A stretch of 63,928 bases of DNA, counting the filler, from Licmophora abbreviata (taxonomy: Eukaryota): NCBI GenBank assembly GCA_900291995.1. It is 11 parts of 11 records of this genome, joined end to end, with 100 filler letters (N's around TTAATTAATTAA, not from the genome) between each part and the next. Parts side by side here need not be neighbours in the genome. Positions count along the whole stretch, not along the records: positions 45,027 to 48,730 come from OLMU01000518.1; positions 48,831 to 52,605 come from OLMU01000519.1; positions 52,706 to 59,716 come from OLMU01000520.1; 8 more parts are not named here. One strand, 5' to 3'. The notes beneath the pieces are model-generated. The model worked only from the letters and a program-made list of their open reading frames with translations, ran no database searches and was not told the DNA's origin. This document shows positions 45,920 to 57,371 of this stretch, one piece after another. Numbering within the stretch: the first letter of the stretch is position 1; each line of letters opens with the position of its first letter. The position numbers and the translations under genes are program-made.

Positions 45920-47551
45920 ATGAGGACAATGTGGCACACGCTGAGTACGACGGCAGCATGGCTGTCGCGGAATCAGCCTCAGCCGACGATCCCGAAGTGG
46001 GCTATCGGTGTTGTCGTCGCGACTCCCGTGGCTGCAGCGATTCAGGGGGCTTTGCTTCTACAACAGTTCCGGAAAGAACATGGAGATGCTCCTGTCCCAA
46101 TTACGCCCTCGCAAGGACTTGTGGTGGTGTCGTCAGATCCTCCTGATTCTTCGGACGACGTCGTCGTCTCGACGAGTTCGCCTCCGTTGCGACTGCTCGT
46201 AGTGGGCGATTCACTCGCTGCGGGTGTCGGCACATCTATGTCAGGGACTCCTATTTTGCCCGAGAGCATAGCCAAAGCTTTGAGTCAGGCTAGTAGAGGA
46301 AGAGCGGTTCACTGGACCTGCATAGGGACGCCTGGAGCGAGTTCAACACAGATCATTCATGACCTGACGTGCTACGATGAGACGCATCCCCGTGGAGAAC
46401 CAAGCTTGTTGTTGCAAACCTGGGTAGAATGGGAGGCCGCGACTCGACGTGCCCAGACATGGTTTGAAGAAAAGAAACGATTACAGGAAGAGGCGATGGA
46501 ACAGGAAGCATCGAGCAACGCAGCGGAGTCGGCAGAAAGCGAGAATCGAGTCAAACGTTGGTTTCAACGTATACGAAATGATGTCAAGGAGCTCCAGCAG
46601 GTGCTTTCTACCAAGGACAAAGAATTAGAGCGTAAGTTGCTTGCGCGGCGACAGCTATCGCGACGGAAAACCGCGTTCAATCCCGACACTATGGCGCAGT
46701 ATGATATCGCCATCGTCTTTACCGGGTTGAATGACATGAAAGACGCCTTCCTCCCGTTCATGATGCAGGGTGAGAACGCTTCTGCGACGAAGGAAGCGAA
46801 AAGCAAGAGTGAAAGCAATCCAGAGTCTGACTTCAAGTCTCAGTTTGCCCGAATCATTCGGGCTCTCCAAACCACTATGAGGCTGAATCTGCCCAAAGAA
46901 TGGGACACCAAGGACGCGTCACTGATGAATGAGAACTCAAACGAAGATCACCCTCGAGAGGCTGCTACCGGCGTCAATGCCGAAGGTCCTAGCAAGGACG
47001 GGCCCAACAATCCGATGGTTGTCTTCCCAGCCATGGTCACTTCTCCTCTGCCTATTTTCCACCACGCCCCACTCAGCTGGTTCCTCGTCCCACTCGTTCG
47101 GCAAATGGACCACAACAAGAAGCTTTTGGCAGAACGCTACGGTGGTCTCGTATTGTATGTCGAACCCCCTACGATCTCGGATGTACGAGCGTTCGAAGCT
47201 GGTCGTGGAGTAATATATGCTAAACAGCAAGGAGAACAGGTCCTCTTTCGACTCACGGATGTCACGCAACGAGCGCAGGAAAAAGTCAAGGAGCTCATGC
47301 GGAAACACTACAAGAAGAAGGAAGAGGAGGCACATCCACCAGAAGAAGAAGACTCGCGAAGGCGCGACGCGTTTGAACAATCTTGTCACGACCACCATGT
47401 GGATTCAAGCAGCAAGCCTGGATCGACGCTTGTGGCCGCGGACAATGTGCACCCGAACGATGCCGGGTACGACTTCTGGGGGAGACATATTGCCGAGTCT
47501 ATCGTGAAAGAATGGGAGAGTCGATCGGAATCTTTCTATGCTGACCGATAA
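45920..47551 (+). CDS. SGNH/GDSL hydrolase with N-terminal membrane anchor
   Basis: Block I VVGDSLAAG, block II GTPGA, block III GLND, block V DNVHP. Confidence 0.85.
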   Translation: MRTMWHTLSTTAAWLSRNQPQPTIPKWAIGVVVATPVAAAIQGALLLQQFRKEHGDAPVPITPSQGLVVVSSDPPDSSDDVVVSTSSPPLRLLVVGDSLAAGVGTSMSGTPILPESIAKALSQASRGRAVHWTCIGTPGASSTQIIHDLTCYDETHPRGEPSLLLQTWVEWEAATRRAQTWFEEKKRLQEEAMEQEASSNAAESAESENRVKRWFQRIRNDVKELQQVLSTKDKELERKLLARRQLSRRKTAFNPDTMAQYDIAIVFTGLNDMKDAFLPFMMQGENASATKEAKSKSESNPESDFKSQFARIIRALQTTMRLNLPKEWDTKDASLMNENSNEDHPREAATGVNAEGPSKDGPNNPMVVFPAMVTSPLPIFHHAPLSWFLVPLVRQMDHNKKLLAERYGGLVLYVEPPTISDVRAFEAGRGVIYAKQQGEQVLFRLTDVTQRAQEKVKELMRKHYKKKEEEAHPPEEEDSRRRDAFEQSCHDHHVDSSSKPGSTLVAADNVHPNDAGYDFWGRHIAESIVKEWESRSESFYADR

Positions 47552-47664
47552 TACTAACTAGATTACATAGAAATAAGAAGAAATGTAAAATCTTGCTGCG
47601 TACATACAAGAGTCTAGAATTACAGGGCGGAGATGCTGCGGTCGGTCGTACAGCCGCTTCTCGG

Positions 47665-49193
47665 TTAATGGTCTCGTAGCTCATCCTGCATTGCCGGATC
47701 ATGTGGATACAACGCGGAGGGATCCTCCCATTGATCAGAAGGCATGAGAACAAGAACAGGAGCGCAATCGTCCCGCCGATGTCTGTACTGAGGTGGCATA
47801 CACCTATCGCTCCACTCCAGCAGATCGCTGATGGCGTCTTCAGTCCCCAGCTTTGCTGTTGAGCCAAGACTTTTCTGTCGAACAGAAGATCTCTTTCCTG
47901 ACAGCAAACATAACATCATCGTCATTCCACAAGTGAACAAAAATAGCAAGAATCCGGCCTTTTGTAGATCATCCCGTGCGCTTGCGTCGAGCGGATCGTT
48001 GAAAGGATAGATTGGTGGTCCAGGACTGCCGAAAGGGCCAGTTCCATTTGGACTAGTTACTCCGATATCGACATACGTCACACCGTTCCCGCCGTAGCGC
48101 ATCGAGATTCCAACGGCACGGTCTTCCTCTCGTTTTACCCACTGCAACATGGTCCCGTCCATAATTCTTGTCACGGTGCTGTTGACAAGCATGTCGCGTA
48201 ACTCGCGCATCTTTTCGTTGAATGCTCGTTGTGGGCTCTTGTGCTTTCCAGGCGACGGTGGTCGATGCCCATGACGACCGTCGAAAGCGTTGGCGACAGC
48301 ATCCGCGATCTCGTCTGGCGCCGCGCCGTCAAGTTGGAGAGAATATTCGATTTCCGTCTCGACCCATGTGACTGCAACACTCTTGTTCGTCCCCGAGACT
48401 TCCACATCCTCATCTCGTGTAGCTACAACGCTTGTGGACTTTTGGAAGACAATGTAGTTTCTCAGAGCACCGCCGAGGCTATCCAGCAAGCCGCCTCCTT
48501 CATCCACGTTGCTCTCCAAGTAGAATCCCACGTCTTGAGTAATGATGAACTCAAGCGCCTTGACTATACCCTGAAGCGTCGCATGATATAAGGAAGCAAG
48601 TTCTGTCGCGTTCTCGCGGCTCCAGAGTGCATCTCCAGCAGCCCCGCTTTCTTCAAGAGGATCCATAAGGAGGGCAGCGCTAACTTCAAGCTCGATACTG
48701 ATGAGCGCATCAGGAGCGGGAGAAGGTGACNNNNNNNNNNNNNNNNNNNNNNNNNNNNNNNNNNNNNNNNNNNNTTAATTAATTAANNNNNNNNNNNNNN
48801 NNNNNNNNNNNNNNNNNNNNNNNNNNNNNNACCAAGCGACGGCTTTTCCATCACGGGCGTAGGGGCGGGCGTCGGCTCGTGCGGTCGAAACTGGTACTTT
48901 GCTTCACTGCCGTATTCCTCTTCAGATTCCGAGGAAGACTCGCCGTTTGAACCATGGCCTTTCTCAGGTCTTTTTTTCCGCTGAAGAATTCGAAGGTAAG
49001 TTTCATCGTTGGTCGTTTGCGACACTCTGAGTTCGGATCGCACCTCCTGTTCGCTTCCATACACCGAAAAAACTATCGCTGGTGATGCTAGAGCCAGCAC
49101 GACCCAGAGAAGCTGAATCTTCTTTCGCACAGGGCTGCATGAAACCCTCCTTCGCCTCGCTTTTATTTCTCGGCAATTCCGTTGCGACTCCAT
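47665..49193 (-). CDS. Type-I membrane protein of unknown function (spans gap 48731-48830)
   Basis: Hydrophobic LLWVVLALASPAIVFS, LRILQ, PTPAP stalk on both sides of the gap (EPTPAPTP / SPSPAP), TM AGFLLFLFTCGMTMMLCLL. Confidence 0.65.
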
Positions 49194-49665
49194 TGCTGCA
49201 GTGAGACACACGAAAGGACCTCAAGACTCTACAACTCAAAACTTGATAGGGATACACACACAGTGCTTCCCCTCTCTGATGCGTCAGCCTCCACACACAC
49301 ACAGGTTCCCTTCAACTCGATCGCTTCCAAATTTGCCATGACTGCATACGCGCCACTACCTTCTGATTTCACGTTTCTTACTTAAATCCAACGCCTTAAG
49401 GCCGATCCAAAAGTGGTCGCAAAGTCATAATTACTTATGCCCTTGTCATTGGACGCCAAAATTTGGAATTTGGAACAGGCGAGAACAAGAAGATTGAGCA
49501 CCGGCGGCGGCGCTCCCCCCTGACGTCATGTCGTCTTGACAAACACGCAACTCTACGATACCCCCTAACAATTATATCGTATCGTACAACATTGCAATTC
49601 TAGATGGCAACCATCACCCTCACCAGTAGTAGAATGGATGCAGTCACCGCAATCGATCGACCGTC

Positions 49666-50876
49666 ATGTCTCATGAGAAGCGCACGTGTCCTTGCAAAAG
49701 CTTGCCATTGAGTCTGTCGTCCTTCACCGCGGCGGAGTACGGCGATCTGCACACACTGTCATCACGTTCCAGATCGACCTCTGTACACCGAACCGATGCA
49801 GGTGGGTATACACCCTTGTATTACGCCGCGCAGCATGGCCATGTGGCAGCAACGTGCTTGCTACTGGAGTCGGGGGCCACTCCGGACGGCGCAGTGGGGT
49901 CGTGCGGCGCGACGCCCTTGCATCGTGCTTCCTACGCTGGGCCGTGGCCACGATGCGGATCTTGTTAGACCCAAAGTATGAGTGTGATCTTCTCGCGAAA
50001 GATACGAGCTTTGGTGATCAAATGACGCCACTGCACAAAGCTGCTGCTGGAGGACGGTATCTGGCAGTGCAGCTTCTGCTCGACGCATTGCGTTGTGCTT
50101 CATCGCGAACAATACGAGACGTCAGTGCTGCAACTGATGAGTGGCGAAGTGTGTTATATCAAGCTCTGATGTCTTGCGATGCAAGGAATCGGACGCCTTT
50201 GAAGGTTGCTGTCGAGCTCGCACGAATCCAAGAGCAGGAACGTAGCTGTGTCCAGAGATGGGATGCCGTTGCAGGCGACTCTGCAGACTGGGATCGCTGT
50301 GTACTCCTACTTCGAGCAGCCCAGGAGGAATCAGCACAGATAAGCGATATCGCCGCCAACTCACAAGCTCCGCGAATCGAAACTATGACTGGTAGACAAA
50401 GAGAGACAACGAAAGAATTAGAGCCACTCCCACCCCACTTGATGGCGGGAGCGGTATCCTGTCTGGATTGTGCCGCGGCAGACGATGGAAGCTGCCTCAC
50501 GGGCTCGTGGGAAAATGCCTTTCGCGCGGTATTGATGTCTTCTGTGAATCTCTCATTGAACAAACCCGTGTCGTCGTCAAGTGCTCAGGCTGCAGGCAAC
50601 GACAATCACGAAATTGTCTCCACGGGTAGAATCTCGCAGGGTTGCTTCGACGGAAACGAAATTAACTCTACTACGAAATGTGAACGTACCCATCGTTCGC
50701 AGCCACAAAAAGAGGAGAAAGACGAGTCGAGCTTTGGACGAACTTGCTCTCGATGTAATGCAATGAGTTTTGCCCTTTTTCCAAAAGGAGGCCGTCTTGT
50801 TTGCCGTGGCTGTGCAAAGGTACCGCCGAGACGAAGATTCGACGCGTCGGGACGATTCACTACACACCAGATATAA
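49666..50876 (+). CDS. ANKRD39-like ankyrin-repeat protein with C-terminal CxxC..CxxC, carrying a -1 frameshift at about 49939-49941
   Basis: GYTPLYYAAQHGH and GATPLHRASYAG in one frame continue as AVATMRILL..TPLHKAAAGG in another; one extra G restores the repeat. Confidence 0.75.
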
Positions 50877-50928
50877 CACTAGTCGAGTTCTTGATTGGAT
50901 TAAAGTTTCATCTCGCCATCTCTGGTTG

Positions 50929-51471
50929 TTAGCTAGCTGTGTGAGCCGCAACGCTCTCGGACAGCCGCTGGAAGGCAACAACGAGATCCAGCTCGACCTT
51001 ACGATGAAGTTTCTCTTGCAGGCAGCATCGCATACATGGATTCATCCTCGACACATCCGCACAGTAGTTCTCAACGATCTGAAATGCATGCGCATATGTT
51101 TCGACAGCAAGACGCTGAATGGCAGGATCCGACTCGGCGGAATCCGACACCGCATGTTTGACCTCGCGTGCACGATGAGCGGGAGAAGCGGGGGCGGCCA
51201 TCCCCTGCGGGAGAGATGGAGTTCCGAAACACACATCGACAACATTTCCGTCCCTGATGGAAGCAAATGCCAGAGCGATAGCTTCGTCGTCGATGGGCGG
51301 AGGTGAGCTTTCCGGTGATCCAAGAGCACGACTTGGGAGTTGAGGTCGACCACCCGAAAGCAAGACAATGTACCCATGGGCAATGTCTCGAGGGATGTCC
51401 AAGATGCACACTGGATCGTACAATAACAAAGAAGTTCCCGAAATAAGCGGAATTTCCTTGCTGGACGTCAT
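50929..51471 (-). CDS. Hypothetical protein, 180 aa
   Basis: ATG-initiated ORF with globular composition that fills the space between neighbours; no family recognised. Confidence 0.55.
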   Translation of the reverse strand: MTSSKEIPLISGTSLLLYDPVCILDIPRDIAHGYIVLLSGGRPQLPSRALGSPESSPPPIDDEAIALAFASIRDGNVVDVCFGTPSLPQGMAAPASPAHRAREVKHAVSDSAESDPAIQRLAVETYAHAFQIVENYCADVSRMNPCMRCCLQEKLHRKVELDLVVAFQRLSESVAAHTAS

Positions 51472-52069
51472 GTTCGGCGTGATGGCTATATATGCTTGAC
51501 ACCGCCGCGGTTCAGGAGATTGATTGATGATTCGTCGAAGTTCTCGAGAGTTCTAGAAGTCTCCGTTCTGATCAATGGATTGATTTTGGGTTGAAGTTTT
51601 GGCACCTGTGTATGTAAATTGATAAGCAACCAACGACCGAATGGACTGCCGGGTTGTGATACGCTCAGGTCAACGATGTCGCCGGTGCGGTCGAGTCGTC
51701 AGCATTGCCATGGTCGTCCCGCGTACGTCCCAATTCACAAATCACATTTCACACATCATTTTGTGAGAGTACCCGAAATATGAAATATGGAATTGATTCG
51801 GGATTCTAGATTCCATCACATCACAGAGGAGCCTCCGGACGATGGGTAGACGCTCGTTGCACGCACCGCCACACACACGGCACCGCAGAGCGGCGCCTCC
51901 AGGAGCTCGAAGGCAGCGCAATGAAGCAAATTGCAAATTGCTCATGTTGTGAGGATTTGGAACACAATAGAGTAACCCAGACGCCGCCCTTGAGATTCGA
52001 CAAACAAGATAAACGCTTGCAGGAGAGAAGCTCTGATTCACAGAAAAACAGTCACACTTGAGCAGTCGA

Positions 52070-53159
52070 ATGAATTTGAGCTCGTCGAAAAGAAGAACTC
52101 GTCTCTTGGTGTGCACGCTGATGGCGTTCATCAATTTCCACAGGTTCTGGGCGACATCCGCTCGGCGCTCGTTGGCGTTTGCTAGTTTGAGAAGCACCAA
52201 TAGTCCTTATTGCCCTTGGTTTGCAAACGCGCATCAACCGACATGCATATTCTCATCGTCGACTGCGGCATCCCATGGAGACACATTTGGCAACCAGACG
52301 GCTGCCTCGTCGACGCCAACTATCCTTACAGATGACTCGATTGACGCTACGTACAACCCCTGGAACAATACGAACGATGAATCCAAGAGAAACCCACGAT
52401 CTCGAAAGACGCGTTTTCGTCAGCACGTCAATCCCCTCGCTCGACGATATCAACAGCCAGCGATTCTCTCCCCCGACTGGCCAAACGATGTGATTTCGGA
52501 TCTATCACTGCCGTTGCATATCGACATTGGATGTGGTAAGGGTGGTTTCTTATTGGAAATGGCTGCGGCAAACACAGATACAAACTATTTGGGTCTTGAA
52601 ATTCGNNNNNNNNNNNNNNNNNNNNNNNNNNNNNNNNNNNNNNNNNNNNTTAATTAATTAANNNNNNNNNNNNNNNNNNNNNNNNNNNNNNNNNNNNNNN
52701 NNNNNATTGGATCGTGTCGAAAAGCGTGGCTTGGACGGGCGCTTAACGTTTGTCGGCTGCAATGTTAATGTCGATCTGGAACGGCTCTTGGAGCTATATC
52801 AACACGCCGGTGGAACGCCAAAGACGATCTCGATTCAGTTTCCAGATCCACACTTCAAGGCAGCTCATACCAAACGACGCGTTGTGACTCCCGCCCTTGT
52901 CCTGACGCTTGCCAAGTCCTTGGAAGAGAATGCCGTCGTGTTTCTGCAAAGCGACATTCAAGACGTGCTCGACGATATGCGACTCCAATTTCGAGCGGCG
53001 AATATCTACTTCCGAGACGAGATTGAGGAGGAAGCTCAGTATATGGAAGAGAACCCTATGGGAATTCAGACAGAACGCGAAGTGAGCGTGTTGAAGCAGG
53101 GTCTGCCGGTTTATCGCACTGTGCTGAGACGGACTGCGACACCTTTCATTGACGAATGA
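52070..53159 (+). CDS. trmB: tRNA (guanine-N7)-methyltransferase, organellar TrmB type (spans gap 52606-52705)
   Basis: RFRQHVNPL, DIGCGKGGFL, NYLGLEI, IQFPDPHFK..KRRVV, LQSDI, TERE; N-terminal presequence with SLA-F. Confidence 0.9.
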
Positions 53160-53206
53160 ATGCTACAATAAGTAGTGAGCAGCGTATAATGAATTTTAGA
53201 GATGTG

Positions 53207-54502
53207 TTATTTTCTCGTTGATAGTACACTCAGGCCTAGCGCATGTCCCACAGCAATGAATGCACTGGATTCAGAGATTGGTGTTGAGCGTCCTGGCAAA
53301 GTACATACAGCATGCACGCTTGGACTCTCATCGAGCGTTGCTAAGGGAATCACTTGATAAGAGATTGAGTCATCCGTAGATCTGATCACATGTACATGTA
53401 TAATATCACCTTTGGCGCTGCCAACTACAAGATCAACTTCGTTTGGTGTGTCCATCACACAAGATGCAGCGGTCCATCTAACCTCTTCGGAGTTTGTCGG
53501 TAGATTGCTAACAAAATCGCAGATGCAACAACATTCTGACGGGAGTAGAGTACCATCCGTCGAAATAGAGCGACATTGCAACACTCCATCATGACCGGCC
53601 GAGAATAAGAGCCTCGAAATTGGAGCGTAGAGTAGGACGTTAACTCGTCCGGAATGAGCCCCGACCGACACGACGGGATCGGCTACCGAGTAATCGGAAG
53701 ACCAAAGATGAATACGCCCATCCACTCCACTGGCGTAGAAGAATTCATCGTCGGGTCCCCTGCAAAGGCACAAGAGATCGCTGGATAACGTAGATCCTAG
53801 TGGTGGAGATGACGCAATAACGCGTCTGCCGAGATGAGCAAGACTGAAAGCGGAAGAACTGCCGCTTCTCCGCCCCCAAGTCTCAACGCAGTTGCAGCCA
53901 AGGCTGAAAAGACAATCACAAGTAGGATTGTACAGCAATCCCTTGACCCATCCCGTGTGGGGACCAAGTTTCTGTACACATTTCCAGGCATTGTAGCCTT
54001 CATCGTTGTTGTGTGGTGTCCACATAGAGACATAGCGATCCCCTCCACCACAAAACAGCTGGGTGTCTCCTTCGCTCCCATCTCGAAAAATCATGGAAAA
54101 GACTGGGAAAGGATTCGCCGTTTCGTTCTGGAGCCCACGCTGACGCTGAAGTATGTGGGGCTCTTCTGCCCAGCGGTATACCTCGACCCTGCCGCGTTTC
54201 GTCCCGCAGAAGAGTTTGCCGCTTTCGACATCAAAGATAAGGGACGTGATTCCTTGCGTCTGATAATGGATCGGGTAGGAGAAAGCAAGTACATCTGCGT
54301 TGAAGAGTAGCGAACACAGGACGGATACAAGTATGCCGAGCAGTGCCGATCTCCCATGATCATGTCGGCGCGAAGCGTTGACTTTCGAGTCGCATCGTCG
54401 TGGACAATCCCTTTCGTCTGTACCAGGTACCGGTACTGTCCGACGACTACCGGAGCTGGTAGCCCCTCTCCATGCCGAAGCGAACTGGTTGGAGTGATCC
54501 AT
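53207..54502 (-). CDS. WD40-repeat protein
   Basis: LFCGGGDRYVSMW, PHTGWVKGL, ASGVDGRIHLW, AHSGRVNVL, LFSAGHDG. Start codon uncertain. Confidence 0.8.
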   Translation of the reverse strand: MDHSNQFASAWRGATSSGSRRTVPVPGTDERDCPRRCDSKVNASRRHDHGRSALLGILVSVLCSLLFNADVLAFSYPIHYQTQGITSLIFDVESGKLFCGTKRGRVEVYRWAEEPHILQRQRGLQNETANPFPVFSMIFRDGSEGDTQLFCGGGDRYVSMWTPHNNDEGYNAWKCVQKLGPHTGWVKGLLYNPTCDCLFSLGCNCVETWGRRSGSSSAFSLAHLGRRVIASSPPLGSTLSSDLLCLCRGPDDEFFYASGVDGRIHLWSSDYSVADPVVSVGAHSGRVNVLLYAPISRLLFSAGHDGVLQCRSISTDGTLLPSECCCICDFVSNLPTNSEEVRWTAASCVMDTPNEVDLVVGSAKGDIIHVHVIRSTDDSISYQVIPLATLDESPSVHAVCTLPGRSTPISESSAFIAVGHALGLSVLSTRK

Positions 54503-54826
54503 GTGCTTTCATTCTGGAAGCTCTCGGAGACGTCAGTCAACGGCTGAAGTTCAAAAGTTCCCGCCAAAAAAGTTCGTGACTTTGCATGAAGTTGCGGCGA
54601 ACAACCCGCCAAAATAGTGAGACTCCGACGATAGGACGGCTAGCGCGAAAAATGTCTACCTCAATGAAAAGGAGTACCCTTCGTAGGAACTCGTAGAGAT
54701 CTACTACGCTGAGACACTGATGGTGCGAGAAATTTCGGTCATACATCAGATTGTTGTACGAAAACCACTCACTCGAGCGGGAAGAAGCCATTGCAAACGA
54801 GGCGACATCAACGGCACAATAGAAAC

Positions 54827-57197
54827 ATGAGAAAGGAGAAGCGCGGTGCTCCGCTTCCCATACACCGCCAAAAGGCTTTGGAAACTCCTCCGAAGGATGT
54901 CGACAATCCACAGAGCGCTGCTGCGGCAGTCACTTCGTCGAAACCATTCCGAATCGGGCTTCGTGTCGACCATATTGGCAAATATGTCGCTCATTCCAAG
55001 CGGAGAATCGTATGGTGAGTTTCTCTTCGTCTCAACTACTTCCCTTGTGTGTGTCTGGTCGGTCGCGTTGTCCCGTGGAGGTCTTTCACGACGATTTTCG
55101 AGCGGAACGTTCCATCATTTTCCAAGAGGCCTCATCTCGGAGTGGAATCCATTTATACGATGCAGAATACATGTGCATGACGTGGCAGGCGTCTTCAAAT
55201 TCTTCGTCTATCTATAGATCTATCCGTTGGGATAACGCCTTCTGGATTGACTCTCTCTCGTCAATCACGAAACACTAATGGCTTCACCTCGACGGATTTA
55301 TTGAAGTCGCCCGTCGATCTTGTCTACTTTCACGACCAGTGTCTTGCTTCGAGATGCCTTTGCCCATTCAAAAACGCGACTGGGTGTTCTTGACTAATCT
55401 TGTGCCTTTTTCCATGGCTTATCGATGTCAACAGGCGATTTGGACTGTGGAATCCATGCTCAGACACTGCAAGAGGTCAGATGCACCGAGAGGAACATGA
55501 GGTACGGTCCGCTGGGTTCTGTTTGTTCGCGGCACTGCTCATTTCCACGAATGGATTCTCAATCCCCTTTTACGGAACGTTCTTCATAGGTGTGTCTGGT
55601 TTGGTCAGTTCGAAAAAGGAAAACAAGACTGTTATGGAACGGTCTTGATATCTCGGACTCGTTTCCACCCCCGAGTAGTGACTCAACAGTGCAGTTTTGC
55701 TGGAAATCCAAGACGGAAGCGTCACCTTTCAGATAGTCGCACATGCCAATGCAGTCCCTGGGGCCGACCAATATGATCTGCTTGTCAATGATCAAAGTTT
55801 CAAAGCCCTACCGCTCTTACCGCAGTTGATGTGGTGGTACAGCGAAGTTGCCGCCGTCGCCGACTCGCAGATGAATCCGGACGAACGAGATTCACCGCAA
55901 CCCATTCACCCCGCGAATGTCACACCTGGAAAAGAAAACTTTGGAAACGATCGAAAGGACGAGGCACTGCAGGATTTTTCGGGGACGCGTCTAATGAAGA
56001 AATTGAAGAAGGTTGGAGTCGGAGCACCCACGTCGGAATTGCAGGACGAGCTTCGTTCCGACACGTACTCGCCAGCGCTTGACCAGCTACGAGACTATCT
56101 CGCCGATGCTATTCCCATTACGGAAGAGAAAGATATTTTGTCCCGAGCCATTGTCAACATCTTCTCCCAAGATATTGAGAGCAGTAGCAGTCATGACGAT
56201 TCGCTATCCGTTGATCACGACTCGTGCGTTGATCCGACCGAGACTGAGGCCGACATGCTCTATGAGACGATTGAATGGTTGACAAAGCACGCCCAGAGGC
56301 GTGATTACGACATCGCACTCCTTGACTTTCTCGAGAAGAAGATTGAGGTGGTCGTTTCGCATGTACGGCACGATCGACTGGCCCCTCTCGAGGCTTCAAG
56401 AATAATCGTCCCTGTCGCGGCTTTGCTTGGTTTAGATCTGAAACATGAGATTGACCTGAACACGATTGTTTTGCGTGGCTTGAGCGAAGCGACGACGACG
56501 CATGACGTGGTAGAGAAAATGAAGTCATTCGGGAAGCTTGACGTGGCGGCCGTAGCTAGGAGCTACCATGGTTTCGGTGAGTGACTTCATCTCCAGCGGC
56601 GATTGGGCTTGATTGAAACATACTGTGGTAGTGTACTCATCTTTGAATGCTTTTGCAACTTTCACTTCAGCCATCTGCCGCTATACGTCTGAATCAGCTG
56701 CCTCTCGCGTGTCCATCATTGCCTCCACTTGCGATCGAATCGTGATCCAGGGGAGTATCCCTGAAATCTACGAATTGATGGCCGTTCCTGTACCTATGCG
56801 TCGCGAAGTGTCCACAGGATCGTACTCCGTGATTAGCGACTTTGTTTCGCCTATTGGCAGCGACGACGAGGTCCACCGAGGAATTCCGTCTCCCGTCCAG
56901 TTCCTTAAGTGGAACGCTGACGAGTCGACACAGGATCTATCCGATCTTGAGGTCGACAGAAGAAACTCTACGTCAACGTCTGAAATAGATCAGACTTTTT
57001 CCAGGCGCCACTCCAATTTCTCTGATTGCGAGTCTTCAGAGTGGCAAAGAATGCCTGATGGCGAGAAGACGCATCGACGCCAGTCAGCTACATGGCTCGA
57101 TACGCTGGATGACGCCCAGTTCTCCCCGAGCAAAGATGCTTCAGTGCTCACCTTCGCAACGACGGCAACATCGCTATCAACCTTTCCTGATTTATAG
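54827..57197 (+). CDS. FAIM-like beta-domain + degenerate RRM protein, with a -1 frameshift at about 55710-55716
   Basis: Introns 55015-55434, 55502-55589, 56577-56670 give GKYVAHSKRRIVW/RFG..EEHE/VCLVWS..WNG..QFCW, then a frame change to FQIVAH..QYDLLVNDQSF. RRM-like IVLRGL..HGFAICRY follows. Confidence 0.7.
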
Positions 57198-57371
57198 AAG
57201 CAAGACACGTTTGATTCCAAGCCTGAACGAGGAAGACAGTAACATTGCGCCTCGAAGAAAGCGACGTCTTGTCGAAATTTTGCACCATATTATTAGTTAG
57301 AGCAATATGTATTGAATGGTATAATATATAGTAAAAGAAAAAAGCTTATTTCAAGCTTCTTTACGAGTATA

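Noticed and set aside
3359..53159. Apparent cluster of translation and RNA-modification genes (DOHH, METTL5, RPP30, tRNA-Ile, trmB)
   Set aside because: Scattered among unrelated genes and serving different compartments; consistent with chance.
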